Positions 54,267-63,933 of a stretch of DNA of 64,000 nucleotides are shown here, one piece after another. Each line of letters begins with the position of its first letter. Position 1 is the stretch's first letter. Both the position numbers and the translations under genes were made by a program. The notes under the pieces are model-generated. The model had not been told where the DNA came from. It was given only the letters and a program-made list of their open reading frames with translations, and did no database searches. This stretch comes from Alphaproteobacteria bacterium (lineage in GTDB: Bacteria; Pseudomonadota; Alphaproteobacteria; CALKHQ01). The DNA lies in NCBI GenBank assembly GCA_965227515.1, contig CBDDFZ010000001.1:352001-416000 (forward strand), written 5' to 3'.

Positions 54267-55568
54267 TCAAGTACTCGTCGATAGCCTGTTGGCAATGGGG
54301 TGATCGGGTTGAAGAGAGACATTATCTTGTTCAGCCTTCAGCCGAACGAAACCTCTAATTACCTTCTCGGTATACTCATACCAACCTTGGCGTGTCCCGG
54401 TTAATATCGACCCATGGGCTGGCTGTTTCAGTCTATTAATTCTTTGATTGAATTGTGTACGACTCAGGGCCGGACCAGAACATTCTTTCATTATTCTATT
54501 GTATGAGCCAAAAATATCTGTGCTACGTCGTTTCAATTCATGACCGTCCGCTGCTGCCCAAAGTATATATTTGTAGTCATCGCTGTATTTTTGCGTTGCA
54601 GTCTCATACGGGCCTTTTAGCCGCATTTCCATCGCGTCAGCAGCATCCGCCATAGCTTGTTCAAAAAGAGGAGCGGTAACCTTACCTCCGTTTTCTGCAT
54701 GAAAGACTCTCCAAAATAGTTTCTCCGAAATAAAATGAACGTAATGAGGAAAGCCATCGCTAATACGAGCTATTCTTATTATCGTAGTTTCATCGATTTC
54801 TATCTCAAGTTTATTTGCCGCAAATTTTACTATTTCAAACCTCGCCTCCCACGGCAATTGCCCGAGATTAACCGTATGAAAATATCTATCGGCGCTGCCA
54901 TGAGCAGCCATAATAGCATCTACGCTTTCACCTAAACCACAAAAAATAAATTTAGATGAAATGTGCTTGTCTGATATCTGTTTTATAAAATTGGTAAACA
55001 GTTCTTGTTCTCCCCTATTTACAATTTGATCAAACTCATCGATTATCACTACAGGCTGATCAGCATACGTTTCGGATAGAAATTTCATCAATCGAACGGC
55101 TTCATTTACTGAACTTGGCTCATTTATTTGACCTTCATGCATTGTCTTGCTACTACCCAAGGTAATGCCAAATTTCGCAAACTCTACCTTCTGCTGCTTT
55201 ATATTCGCAATGACAAGAGGGCTTTTTGCTGCTGCCTCGTCAAAAATGTCACGAACTACGCTGCCAAAACTACTTTGTGTATCGCATCCAATAACAATTG
55301 GATCTGCACTTGCCCCAGCGGCGATACCAAAAGCAGCTGTTTGAGCAAGAGAAGACTTACCCACACCTCTCAATCCGTGTATTAATACATGTCGACCTTG
55401 TTGATATAATGCTTGCTTGATACCTGCTAATTGTTCAGCACGACCTCGGAGGAATTCTTCTGATTGCAATGGCTGAGCGGGCGACAATACTTTCGCCAAA
55501 GCCATACCGAACTGATGCTCTTGCTGAGTTGATACGGGGCCCAAGCCTGGAAGGATTTTGTTTGCCAT
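54267..55568 (-). CDS. AT-rich AAA+/P-loop ATPase with probable C-terminal winged helix
   Basis: 'FLRGR', Walker A GLRGVGKSS, Walker B VVIIDEFD and 'SDGFPHYV' (GxP-like). Confidence 0.8.
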   Translation of the reverse strand: MANKILPGLGPVSTQQEHQFGMALAKVLSPAQPLQSEEFLRGRAEQLAGIKQALYQQGRHVLIHGLRGVGKSSLAQTAAFGIAAGASADPIVIGCDTQSSFGSVVRDIFDEAAAKSPLVIANIKQQKVEFAKFGITLGSSKTMHEGQINEPSSVNEAVRLMKFLSETYADQPVVIIDEFDQIVNRGEQELFTNFIKQISDKHISSKFIFCGLGESVDAIMAAHGSADRYFHTVNLGQLPWEARFEIVKFAANKLEIEIDETTIIRIARISDGFPHYVHFISEKLFWRVFHAENGGKVTAPLFEQAMADAADAMEMRLKGPYETATQKYSDDYKYILWAAADGHELKRRSTDIFGSYNRIMKECSGPALSRTQFNQRINRLKQPAHGSILTGTRQGWYEYTEKVIRGFVRLKAEQDNVSLQPDHPIANRLSTST

Positions 55569-55641
55569 AGGTACAATTATACCCGGACATTAAACATAGT
55601 CACACCCTCTTACCCGAGGGCATAAAACAATGTGTGGAGAA

Positions 55642-55716
55642 TGGTGCCGCCGGGGTGAATTGAACACCCGACCCCACCCTTACCAAGGGTGTGCTCTACC
55701 CCTGAGCTACGGCGGC
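55642..55716 (-). tRNA. tRNA-Thr(GGT)
   Basis: GCCGCCGTAGCTCAGGGGTAGAGCACACCCTT-GGT-AAGGGTGGGGTCGGGTGTTCAATTCACCCCGGCGGCACCA folds as a cloverleaf with encoded CCA. Confidence 0.97.
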
Positions 55717-55796
55717 ACTGAGCGCGGTAACGCGGTCGGCGCCTATATGGCACGCGACCTTGACCATGGCAAGCATGGCTCGCCCTTCTCCACACC

Positions 55797-55889
55797 CGTC
55801 ATGGCCGGGCTTGTCCCGGCCATCCACGAGAATGGCCGCTTGAGCGGCCAACTAGACGTGGATGCCCGCAACAAGTGCGGGCATGACGA
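55797..55889. repeat. CGTC-tagged REP inverted pair with internal hairpin
   Basis: CGTC-ATGGCCGGG-CTTGT-CCCGGCCAT ... TGGCCGCTTGAGCGGCCA ... ATGCCCGCA-ACAAG-TGCGGGCAT-GACG; related to 17873-17965. Confidence 0.85.
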
Positions 55890-55926
55890 GAATGAGAAAC
55901 GATTGCCTGCGTATGCCACGCAATGG

Positions 55927-57651
55927 TTAAGCAGCGATCAATTCGAACTTGTCGACATCGACCAGCCCGCGGTCGGTGATCTTCAGGTGCGGGATCACCG
56001 CCAGCGGCAGGAACGCCATCTGCAGGAACGGCTCGCCAAGCGGACAGCCGAGGTCGCGCACCGCCATGCGCAGCGCCTTGAGCTGGGCGCGGACCTCCTC
56101 GTGCGGCCGGTTCGACATCAGGCCGGCGACCGGGAACGGCACCTCCGCCGCCACCTGCGTGCCGTCGACCGCGACGAAGCCGCCCTCGATCTCGATCAGC
56201 CGGTTGACCGCCAGCGCCATCTCCCGGGGATCGGCGCCGACGACGATGACGTTGTGGCTGTCGTGGCCGACGGAGGAGGCGAGCGCGCCGCGCTTCAGCC
56301 CCATGCCCTGCACGAAGCCGCGGCCGATGTTGCGGTTCTTGCCGTGGCGGGCCAGCACGCAGACATGGGCGATGTCGCGCGCCGGGTCGGCCCGCCGCAC
56401 GCCGCCGAACGCCGCCAGCTCCAGCATGCGGTGCTCGGTCACCACCTGGCCCTCGACGATGCCGATCACCGGCGTGGTGCCGCCGGCGCCCGGTGTCTCG
56501 AACACCTCCGGCGTCACCGGGTCGAGCTGGATCGAGCGGCGGCCGACCTCCGGGATCGGCGGGCGGGCCGCGAAGGTCTCGTCGTCGACCAGGCGGCCGC
56601 CACGGATCACCTGGCCGACCGCGCAAGCCTCCAGATCGTCCAGCAGCACCAGGTCGGCGCGATAGCCGGGGGCGACGATGCCCCGGTCGGTCAGCCCGAA
56701 CGCGCGCGCCGCCGACCATGTCGCCGCCCGGTACACCGCACCGACATCGGCGCCGTACGCAATCGCCGAGCGGATCAGATGGTCGATATGCCCCTCCTCG
56801 CCAATGTCGAGCGGGTTGCGGTCGTCGGTGCAGAACGACAGGAACGGCGCGGTCACCGGGTCGATCAGCGGGGTCAGCGTCACCACGTCCTTGCAGGCGG
56901 ACCCGTCGCGGATCAGCACCTGCATGCCCTTGCGCAGCTTCTCGCGCGCCTCGTCCAGGCTGACGCTCTCGTGGCAATTGTGGATGCCGCAGGCGGCATA
57001 GGCGTTGAGCTCGCGCCCGCTGACCAATGGCGCGTGGCCGTCGATATGGCCGCCGCTGAACGCCGAAAGCTTCTCCAGCACGCCCTCGTCCTTGGCGAAG
57101 ATGCCGGGGAAGTTCATGAACTCCGCCAACCCGATCACCTGCGGATGGTCGCGATGGGGCAGCAGGTCGGCGGCGGTGAGGGTGGCGCCGGCGGTTTCCA
57201 GGTGGGTCGCCGGCACGCAGCTCGAGAGCTGCACCCGCAGGTCGACGGCGAGGCCCAGGCTGGCGTCGAGGAAGTACTCCAGGCCGGCGCTGCCCAGCAC
57301 ATTGGAGATCTCGTGCGGGTCGCACACCGCGGTCGTGGTGCCCTTCGGCAGCACGCAGCGGTCGAACTCGCCCGGCGTGATGCAGCAGGACTCGACGTGC
57401 ACGTGGGTGTCGATGAAACCCGGCGCCACCACCTTGCCGCGGCCGTCGATCTCCCGCGCGCCGCGATAGTCCTCATAGGTGCCGACGATGGTGTCGCCGC
57501 AGATCGCGATATCGCCCTCGGCCAGCTCGCCGGTGGCGACGTTGAGGAAGCGCGTGTTGCGGATGACCAGATCGGCCTCGCCCCGGCCCAGCGCCTGGTC
57601 GATGCGGCGGGCGAGATCTTCTGGCGTCAGGTGCTTGGGGCGGATGGTCAT
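55927..57651 (-). CDS. ade: Adenine deaminase
   Basis: PGFIDTHVHVES, DPHEI.NV, SSCVPAT, LAEFMN, DGHAP, CTDD and HDSHN. Confidence 0.94.
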   Translation of the reverse strand: MTIRPKHLTPEDLARRIDQALGRGEADLVIRNTRFLNVATGELAEGDIAICGDTIVGTYEDYRGAREIDGRGKVVAPGFIDTHVHVESCCITPGEFDRCVLPKGTTTAVCDPHEISNVLGSAGLEYFLDASLGLAVDLRVQLSSCVPATHLETAGATLTAADLLPHRDHPQVIGLAEFMNFPGIFAKDEGVLEKLSAFSGGHIDGHAPLVSGRELNAYAACGIHNCHESVSLDEAREKLRKGMQVLIRDGSACKDVVTLTPLIDPVTAPFLSFCTDDRNPLDIGEEGHIDHLIRSAIAYGADVGAVYRAATWSAARAFGLTDRGIVAPGYRADLVLLDDLEACAVGQVIRGGRLVDDETFAARPPIPEVGRRSIQLDPVTPEVFETPGAGGTTPVIGIVEGQVVTEHRMLELAAFGGVRRADPARDIAHVCVLARHGKNRNIGRGFVQGMGLKRGALASSVGHDSHNVIVVGADPREMALAVNRLIEIEGGFVAVDGTQVAAEVPFPVAGLMSNRPHEEVRAQLKALRMAVRDLGCPLGEPFLQMAFLPLAVIPHLKITDRGLVDVDKFELIAA

Positions 57652-57672
57652 GGGTTGTCTATCGTTCAAGTC

Positions 57673-57750
57673 GGCACCGGCCCTCTCCCCCTCCCGGCCA
57701 CCCAGCAGGATACTATCGTTGGGCGGCCGGGAGGGGGAGAGGGCTGGCGC
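57673..57750. repeat. Family C long hairpin repeat
   Basis: GCACCGGCCCTCTCCCCCTCCCGGCCACCCA...TGGGCGGCCGGGAGGGGGAGAGGGCTGGCGC. Confidence 0.8.
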
Positions 57751-57860
57751 AGAATTCAGCGTTAGCTGCTGTCAGCCAGTGTGACTCACCTGCACGGGAT
57801 GTGCCAATTCACGTCTGTCGGACGCTAGCCGGAAACACCAATCGTCATGCGCGGACTTGA

Positions 57861-59140
57861 TGTATGGCCCGGGGACATGGTTGACAGTTGTTCGGAGACA
57901 TAGCTGACACATTGATGGTTGGATTTTTCTCATATTGTAAGGTCGATGTCAGCGATCTGGGTTGCGCCGAAGAAGACGCTGTAGCGTCCGTCGTTGCCGC
58001 GCGGCCTGATGGCGAGACGCTCGCCGGCGAAGGCGCGTGGCACGGGCCATAGCCTTCCCTTGAAGCTGACGTAGAACTTGGTTGCCCCGACCTTGCGGAC
58101 GATGTCGTCGGGTCCGTATTCGGGCTCGGGCAGGGTGTCGGGCATGGGTCGTGTCGAGGGCCGGTAGCGACTGGCCGGCACGTTCATGTCCAAGGCCTGG
58201 TGCGGCCGCTCGGAGTTGTAGACCGGGCGCCATTCATCGAAGGCCTGTTGCACCTGGGCGAGATCGCGCAAGCGTCGCAGCGCGAACACCTCGGCGTCCA
58301 GGGTGCGGTGGAAGCGCTCGTTCTTGCCGCGTCCTTGCGGGTGATATGGGCGGGCGTGGATGACCTCGACGCCGAGCTTCAAGAGCCACACCCTGAGTGG
58401 GGTCCACTGCCCCGGCACCCCGCCGCCCCAGGGCGAGCCGTTGTCGAGGTAGAACGCATCGGGCAGACCGTAGAGCCGGAACGTGCGCGCCAGCAGCTGC
58501 TTGACCGTGGCCGTGCGCTCGTTGTCGCATGCGTGCAGGCACAACGAGAAGCGCGAGTGATCGTCCAGCACCGTGAGCGGGTGGCACCACAGGCCGCGGT
58601 CGACCTGCACCCGTCCCTTGAAGTCCATCTGCCACAACTGGTTCGGCGCCGGCCGCTCGAAGCGCGTGTAGGCGTGGCTTGTCTGGCGTCGCGGCGGCAC
58701 CCGCTCGTGGCGCTGTAAGATCGCATGAACGGTCGATGCCGAAGGCGGGGCGATCCCGTCGCGTTCGAGGCAACGGGCGATCTTGCGCGCGCCCCAGGCC
58801 GGATGCGCATCGCGCACCGCCAGCACGGCCGCCTCGATCCGCGCCTCCGTGCGGCGCGGGCTGTGGCGCGGCCGACGCGAGCGATCCGCCAACCCTTCCC
58901 CCGCACAGCCCGCCCGACGCAGCCATTTGTGCCCGGTCTGGCGGCTGATCCCGAACCGCGCGCACAACGCGCTCACGTTCGCGCCATCCAGAGAGGCAAG
59001 CATCACAAACTCACGCCGTTGATCCACGATCGACACCTCTTGCCAAGGCATGGCCGACTCCAAAATCGGAAGCCAACCACACCAATAAGAGTGTCAACCA
59101 TGTCCCCGAACGCCTGTAAGCTATCTCCCCGGGCCGAACA
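57861..59140 (-). mobile_element. IS481-family insertion sequence, copy 2 (1280 bp, 5-bp TSD CTTGA)
   Basis: Near-identical reverse complement of 32916-34195; CTTGA at 57856-57860 and 59141-59145. Confidence 0.95.
57930..59063 (-). CDS. IS481-family DDE transposase
   Basis: Protein identical to that of 32993-34126. Confidence 0.95.
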   Translation of the reverse strand: MESAMPWQEVSIVDQRREFVMLASLDGANVSALCARFGISRQTGHKWLRRAGCAGEGLADRSRRPRHSPRRTEARIEAAVLAVRDAHPAWGARKIARCLERDGIAPPSASTVHAILQRHERVPPRRQTSHAYTRFERPAPNQLWQMDFKGRVQVDRGLWCHPLTVLDDHSRFSLCLHACDNERTATVKQLLARTFRLYGLPDAFYLDNGSPWGGGVPGQWTPLRVWLLKLGVEVIHARPYHPQGRGKNERFHRTLDAEVFALRRLRDLAQVQQAFDEWRPVYNSERPHQALDMNVPASRYRPSTRPMPDTLPEPEYGPDDIVRKVGATKFYVSFKGRLWPVPRAFAGERLAIRPRGNDGRYSVFFGATQIADIDLTI

Positions 59141-59250
59141 CTTGATCCGCGCATCCACGAATTAAATGCTTCACCGGTGTCGGATATCCAATCTGCAAAA
59201 AAAGACGTGAATGCCCGCAACAAGTGCGGGCATGACGAATTCGATTGCTT

Positions 59251-59742
59251 CTAAGCCGCCTTGTCGGACTTGGCGGCCTGCCAGCGGTCCAGGATATCGC
59301 GCGCGCCGTTGGTGGCCGGGTCCATCGCCTCGTCGTGGTTCGGGCGCTTGGCGGTCAATTCGATGACATAGCCATTGGGGTCGCGGAAATAGATCGAATC
59401 GATGAACGCGTGGTCGGAGATGCCCCGCGTCTCGATGCCGGCGGCCTTGCCCTTGGCCATCATCGGCTCCAGCACGTCGGGCTGCACCTCCAGTGCGATA
59501 TGCAGGTCGAAGTCGCGCTGGTCCTCGAACTCGAACGGCTCGTCCGGCGCCTCGAAGAAGGCCAGGTAGGACCCGTCGTCCATCTCGTAGAAGGTGTGCA
59601 GCACGTTGGCGTCGCGGCCGGTCTTGGTGGTGTTGATCTCCAGGCTGCCGGCCAGCGGCAGGCCCAGGAAGTCCTCGTAGAACCGGCGCGTTTCCTCGCT
59701 GTCGCGGCAGCGGTAGGCGTTGTGGTGCAGCCCCTTGATCAT
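59251..59742 (-). CDS. VOC/glyoxalase family protein
   Basis: LHHNAY...T..FY...LGL, HIAL and SIYFRDPNG..IEL. Confidence 0.88.
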   Translation of the reverse strand: MIKGLHHNAYRCRDSEETRRFYEDFLGLPLAGSLEINTTKTGRDANVLHTFYEMDDGSYLAFFEAPDEPFEFEDQRDFDLHIALEVQPDVLEPMMAKGKAAGIETRGISDHAFIDSIYFRDPNGYVIELTAKRPNHDEAMDPATNGARDILDRWQAAKSDKAA

Positions 59743-59914
59743 CGTCGTCTCCCGCAGGTGCAGTCGTAGGTTGGCATTCATGTGGGCCGAAACGCAGCCG
59801 TTGGCAAGGTTGGACGGTGACTGGCCCACGGACACACTGGATTGTCATCCTCGACCGCGGCGCAGCCGCGTGTCGGGGATCCATGGCGGGTCTCGCTGCC
59901 GGGTCAAGCAAATC

Positions 59915-59992
59915 GGCACCGGCCCTCTCCCCCACCCGGCCACCCAACCAGGATACTGTCGTGGGCGGCCGGGTGGGGGAGAGGGCTGGCGC
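59915..59992. repeat. Family C long hairpin repeat
   Basis: GCACCGGCCCTCTCCCCCACCCGGCCACCC...GGGCGGCCGGGTGGGGGAGAGGGCTGGCGC. Confidence 0.8.
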
Positions 59993-60018
59993 AGACTTCA
60001 GCGCAAGCTGATCCCGAT

Positions 60019-61200
60019 CTAAGGAAACCCCGTCGACCCATCCGGGCGCGGCAGCAGCTTGCGCTCCCAATGCACATAGCGGTCGGTGGCGAGGTAGTCC
60101 TCGTCGATCTCCACCCCCCATCCCGGCCGGTCGGGGCGTAGCTCCAGATAGCCGTCCTTCGGCAGGTAGGGATCGTGGACATAGGCGGCGCGCTCCGGGT
60201 CCGCGGTCATACCGTCGCTGTCGTAGGCCGCCCCCATCGGCAGCCGGTATTCCAGGATCTTGAAGTTCGCCACCGACGCGCAGAAATGCACGTTCACCGC
60301 GGTCGCCAGCGGGCCCATCGGGTTGTGCGGCGCGACCGGCACATAGTGCGCCTCGGCAATCGCCGCGATCTTGCGCATCTCCAGCAGCCCGCCAACGACG
60401 CACACGTCGGGCTGGATGATGTCGGCGCCGGCCACCTGCAGCAGGCGCAGGAACTCGTACTTGGAATAGTAGCTCTCGCCGGTGGCCAGCGGACAGCGGA
60501 GCTGCGCCTTCAGCCGGCCCCACGCCTCGATGTTCTCCATCCGCATCGGCTCCTCGTAGAACAGCGGATGAAACTCGGCGAGCGCATTGCCGAACTGGGC
60601 GGCCTGCCACGGCTCCCACAGCCGGGCGTGGGCGTCGAACGCCAGCTCGATGTCGTCCGGCAGTTCTGCGCGCAAGGTGCCGACCCAAGCGGCGGTGCTG
60701 TGCAGCACCTCGCCCCAGGGGCGGGCGTGGATGTCGACGCGATAAGGGCTGAGCTTGAAGGCGGTGAAGCCGAAGCCCTCGCGCATACGCAGGCAATGGT
60801 CGACCAGCGCTACCGGGTCGGGCGCGGCATAGATGCCCTGGTAGACGCGCACCCGGTCGCGCGCATGCCCGCCCAGCAGCATGTAGACCGGCACGCCGAG
60901 CGCCTTGGCCGAGATGTCCCACAGGCACTGATCGATCGCGGAGATCGCCGCCAGCCCCAGCGCGCCCGGCGGGAACCGGTGCAGCTGCAGCAGCTTGAGG
61001 GTGATGTACTCGACCCGCCGCGGATCGTCGCCGGCGATCTGGCCGGCCAGGTATTCCAGCAGCGGCGGCAGCGCCCGGTCCGGCCCGTGGTTATAGCACT
61101 CGCCCCAGCCGGTGATGCCCTCGTCCGTGTCGATGGCGACGATCACGCGCGGCCGGTCGCGGTCCCGCGACATGAACGAGCGCAGACCGGTGATGCGCAT
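60019..61200 (-). CDS. Enolase-superfamily acid-sugar dehydratase (galactonate dehydratase-like)
   Basis: TDEGITGWGE, SAIDQCLWDI, FDAH, YEEP, ATGE, QPD and PHNP. Confidence 0.88.
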   Translation of the reverse strand: MRITGLRSFMSRDRDRPRVIVAIDTDEGITGWGECYNHGPDRALPPLLEYLAGQIAGDDPRRVEYITLKLLQLHRFPPGALGLAAISAIDQCLWDISAKALGVPVYMLLGGHARDRVRVYQGIYAAPDPVALVDHCLRMREGFGFTAFKLSPYRVDIHARPWGEVLHSTAAWVGTLRAELPDDIELAFDAHARLWEPWQAAQFGNALAEFHPLFYEEPMRMENIEAWGRLKAQLRCPLATGESYYSKYEFLRLLQVAGADIIQPDVCVVGGLLEMRKIAAIAEAHYVPVAPHNPMGPLATAVNVHFCASVANFKILEYRLPMGAAYDSDGMTADPERAAYVHDPYLPKDGYLELRPDRPGWGVEIDEDYLATDRYVHWERKLLPRPDGSTGFP

Positions 61201-61205
61201 GTCCG

Positions 61206-62087
61206 CTATCCGGCGAAGCGGGCCTGCGGCACGCCCTGGACGCCAAGCCCGGTGATCGCGAACAGGCTGCCGGCCTGGGGCTGGTCGGCCACGCGCTCCG
61301 GCGTCAGGCCGACGCCGATGGTGGTGACGTAGAGCACGTCCAGGTTCGGGCCGCCGAACATCGGCTTGGAGGGGCGCTCCACCGGCATGTCGACGATGCG
61401 GTCGATCTTGCCGGCGGGGGTGATGCGCACCACCTGCCAGCCGTTGACCCCGGCCATCCAGTAGCAGCCATCGGCATCCACCGTGCCGCCATCGGGCCGT
61501 CCGGCGACCTGGGTGGCGTCGAAGAAATCGCGCCGGTTGGTCGGCGTGCCGTCGTCGATGTCGTAGTCGCAGGCCCAGATGGTCTGCACCGCCGGGTTGC
61601 TGTCGGAGAAATACATGGTCCGCCCGTCGGGCGAGAAGGCGAGGCCGTTGGTGGTGAATATCTCGCCCAGCCACGGCGTCACCGACAAGTCGGGATCGAG
61701 CCGGTAGAAGCGGCCCTGGCGTGCGGGTTCGCCGCCGTCCTTCATGGTGCCGGCCCAGAACCGGCCTTGGCAGTCGGTGGAGCCGTCGTTGAAGCGGTTT
61801 TCCGGCCGGTCGGTTTCCGGGTCGGTGATCGGCGTCTTGCTGCCGGCGGTCATGTCGACGGCGTAGAACCCGGTCTTGGTCGCGACCACGAGCCCGCCCG
61901 ACTGGCGCACCGCCAGGCAGCCGACCGGCTCGCCCAGGTCCATGCCGTCGTTCCGGCCGCTCGAAGGGTCGTAGCGGTGGACCAGGCCGCCGACGATGTC
62001 GACCCAGTAGAGCGCCTGCTCCTCCACGTCCCAGACCGCGCCCTCGCCGAGCTGCGAGCGGCTGTCGACCACGCATTCGATGTTCAC
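61206..62087 (-). CDS. SMP-30/gluconolactonase/LRE family lactonase
   Basis: LGEGAVW, RFNDG, NGLAFSPDG and PDGGTVDADG. Confidence 0.92.
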   Translation of the reverse strand: MNIECVVDSRSQLGEGAVWDVEEQALYWVDIVGGLVHRYDPSSGRNDGMDLGEPVGCLAVRQSGGLVVATKTGFYAVDMTAGSKTPITDPETDRPENRFNDGSTDCQGRFWAGTMKDGGEPARQGRFYRLDPDLSVTPWLGEIFTTNGLAFSPDGRTMYFSDSNPAVQTIWACDYDIDDGTPTNRRDFFDATQVAGRPDGGTVDADGCYWMAGVNGWQVVRITPAGKIDRIVDMPVERPSKPMFGGPNLDVLYVTTIGVGLTPERVADQPQAGSLFAITGLGVQGVPQARFAG

Positions 62088-62251
62088 TGTTGCATCCTCC
62101 CTTCCCGGCTCCCCTTCCCGGTTGCCGGCACACTACAACAATCGGTGGCGGCTGGGGCCACATCCATCAACGGCCGCGACAAGTCTGCACCGGCCGGGTT
62201 AGGTATTGCCCCCGGCAACACCAGCGATCCGGAACCGAGGGGAGAGACACG

Positions 62252-63061
62252 ATGAAATACGGCCGCATATTGATGACCGGGGCCGCCGGCGGCATCGGGC
62301 GCGCGATCCGCGCGAAGATCGGCCATCTGGCCGACACGATCCGCCTGTCCGACATCGTCGACATCGCCGACCCGGGCGCCAACGAGGAGGCGGTGACCTG
62401 CGACCTGGCCGACTTCGCCGCCGTGCGCGATCTGGTCGAGGGGTGCCAGGGCATCATCCACCTGGGCGGCATCTCGGTCGAGCGCCCGTTCAGCGAGATC
62501 GTCCAGGGCAACCTGATCGGCGTCTACAACCTCTACGAGGCGGCGCGCCAGGCCGGCACCCGGCGCATCTTCTTCGCCAGCTCCAACCACGCCATCGGCT
62601 TCCACGACCGCGAGGACCAGCTCGACGCCAAGTCGCTGACCAAGCCCGACGGCATCTATGGCGTCTCCAAGGTTTATGGCGAGGCGATCGCCAGCATGTA
62701 CTTCGACAAGTTCGGCATCGAGACCGCACGGGTGCGCATCGGCTCATGCTTCCCGAAGCCGACCGACCACCGCCAGCTCGCCACCTGGCTGAGCTATGAC
62801 GACCTGGTGCGCCTGCTGGAGTGCATGTTCCGGGTCACCCGGCTGGGCTGCCCCGTCATCTATGGCGCGTCCAATAACGCCGAGCAGTGGTGGGACAACA
62901 GCCATGTCGGCTATCTGGGCTGGCAACCCCAGGACAGCGCGGAGGATTTTCGCGCCGAAGTCGACGCGGCGGTCGAAAATCCTGCCTTCGACGCGCCCGA
63001 CGTGCTCTATCATGGCGGCGGCTTCACCGCCCAAGAAAAGCACTTTCCGCCGCAAGGCTGA
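62252..63061 (+). CDS. udh: Uronate dehydrogenase (NAD-dependent epimerase/dehydratase family)
   Basis: TGAAGGIG, FASSNHAIG, YGVSK, RIGSC and TWLS motifs. Confidence 0.8.
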   Translation: MKYGRILMTGAAGGIGRAIRAKIGHLADTIRLSDIVDIADPGANEEAVTCDLADFAAVRDLVEGCQGIIHLGGISVERPFSEIVQGNLIGVYNLYEAARQAGTRRIFFASSNHAIGFHDREDQLDAKSLTKPDGIYGVSKVYGEAIASMYFDKFGIETARVRIGSCFPKPTDHRQLATWLSYDDLVRLLECMFRVTRLGCPVIYGASNNAEQWWDNSHVGYLGWQPQDSAEDFRAEVDAAVENPAFDAPDVLYHGGGFTAQEKHFPPQG

Positions 63062-63130
63062 TTCCACAGGGCTGACCTCCCGCACAAGAACACAACATCC
63101 GGAAACGCCTGAAACCTCGAGGTAGCCGAC

Positions 63131-63829
63131 ATGCTGACCGAACCGCCACGCCTGACCATCCGCCGCACCATCGACCGCCCGCCGGCGGACCTGCTGGCCT
63201 GTTTCGCCGACGCCCCCACCGGCTGGCTGACCGACGCCCAAAACGGGCGCGGGTCGTTGGACGCCGCGATCAAGCCGATCGCGCCCGACGTTGAAGGCAT
63301 GGCGCGTTTTGCCGGCCCGGCGATCACCTGCTGGTGCGGGCCCAACGACAATCTGGCGCTGATGTCGGCGCTGTCGATGGTGGAGCCGGGCGACGTGCTG
63401 ATCGCCGCGTCCGAGGGCTTCAACAACTCCGGCATGCTGGGCGACCTGTTGGCCGGCATGGCGAAGAACAAGGGGGCCGCCGCCATCATCACCGACGGCA
63501 TGGCCCGCGACTGGGAGGGGCTGGTCGGGGTCGGCCTGCCGATCTACAGCCGCGGCATCACGCCGAACTCCTGCGTACGCAGCGGCCCGGGCAAGATCGG
63601 CTTCCCGATCGATGTCGGTGGCCGGTCGGTCTCGTCCGGCGACCTGCTGGTCGGCGACCGCGACGGGGTGGTGGTGGTGCCGCGCAGCGAAATGGAGACA
63701 GTGGCCGCCAAGCTGGAGCAGGTGAGCGCTGCGGAGCGCGCGGCGGAAGCCGCGGTCAAGGGCGGCCGCACCGGGCTCGACGAGATCGCCGAGCTCTTGG
63801 CCTCCGACCGCGTGCAGTACGTGGATTAG
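63131..63829 (+). CDS. RraA-like / HMG aldolase family protein
   Basis: FAGPAIT...DNL, GDLLA, DG..RD and GDLLVGDRDGVVVVP. Confidence 0.88.
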   Translation: MLTEPPRLTIRRTIDRPPADLLACFADAPTGWLTDAQNGRGSLDAAIKPIAPDVEGMARFAGPAITCWCGPNDNLALMSALSMVEPGDVLIAASEGFNNSGMLGDLLAGMAKNKGAAAIITDGMARDWEGLVGVGLPIYSRGITPNSCVRSGPGKIGFPIDVGGRSVSSGDLLVGDRDGVVVVPRSEMETVAAKLEQVSAAERAAEAAVKGGRTGLDEIAELLASDRVQYVD

Positions 63830-63857
63830 GGGGCTTTTGCCGCGCTGACGCGCAAAC

Positions 63858-63933
63858 GGCGCCGGCCCACTCCCCCACCCGACCGCCCGATGATACTGTC
63901 GGCAGGCGCCCGGGTGGGGACGCAACCCAGCAC
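63858..63933. repeat. Degenerate family C hairpin repeat
   Basis: GCCGGCCCACTCCCCCACCCG..CCCGATGATACTGTCGG...CGGGTGGGG. Confidence 0.55.

Larger units (their letters stand above)
57843..59237. repeat. CGTC-tagged REP pair whose left hairpin is split by IS481 copy 2
   Basis: CGTC-ATGCGCGGA-CTTGA|IS|CTTGA-TCCGCGCAT ... ATGCCCGCA-ACAAG-TGCGGGCAT-GACG. Confidence 0.85.

Noticed and set aside
53059-55716. Integrative element with att duplication at tRNA-Thr
   Set aside because: No integrase gene is present and I could not find a second copy of the tRNA 3' end by eye.
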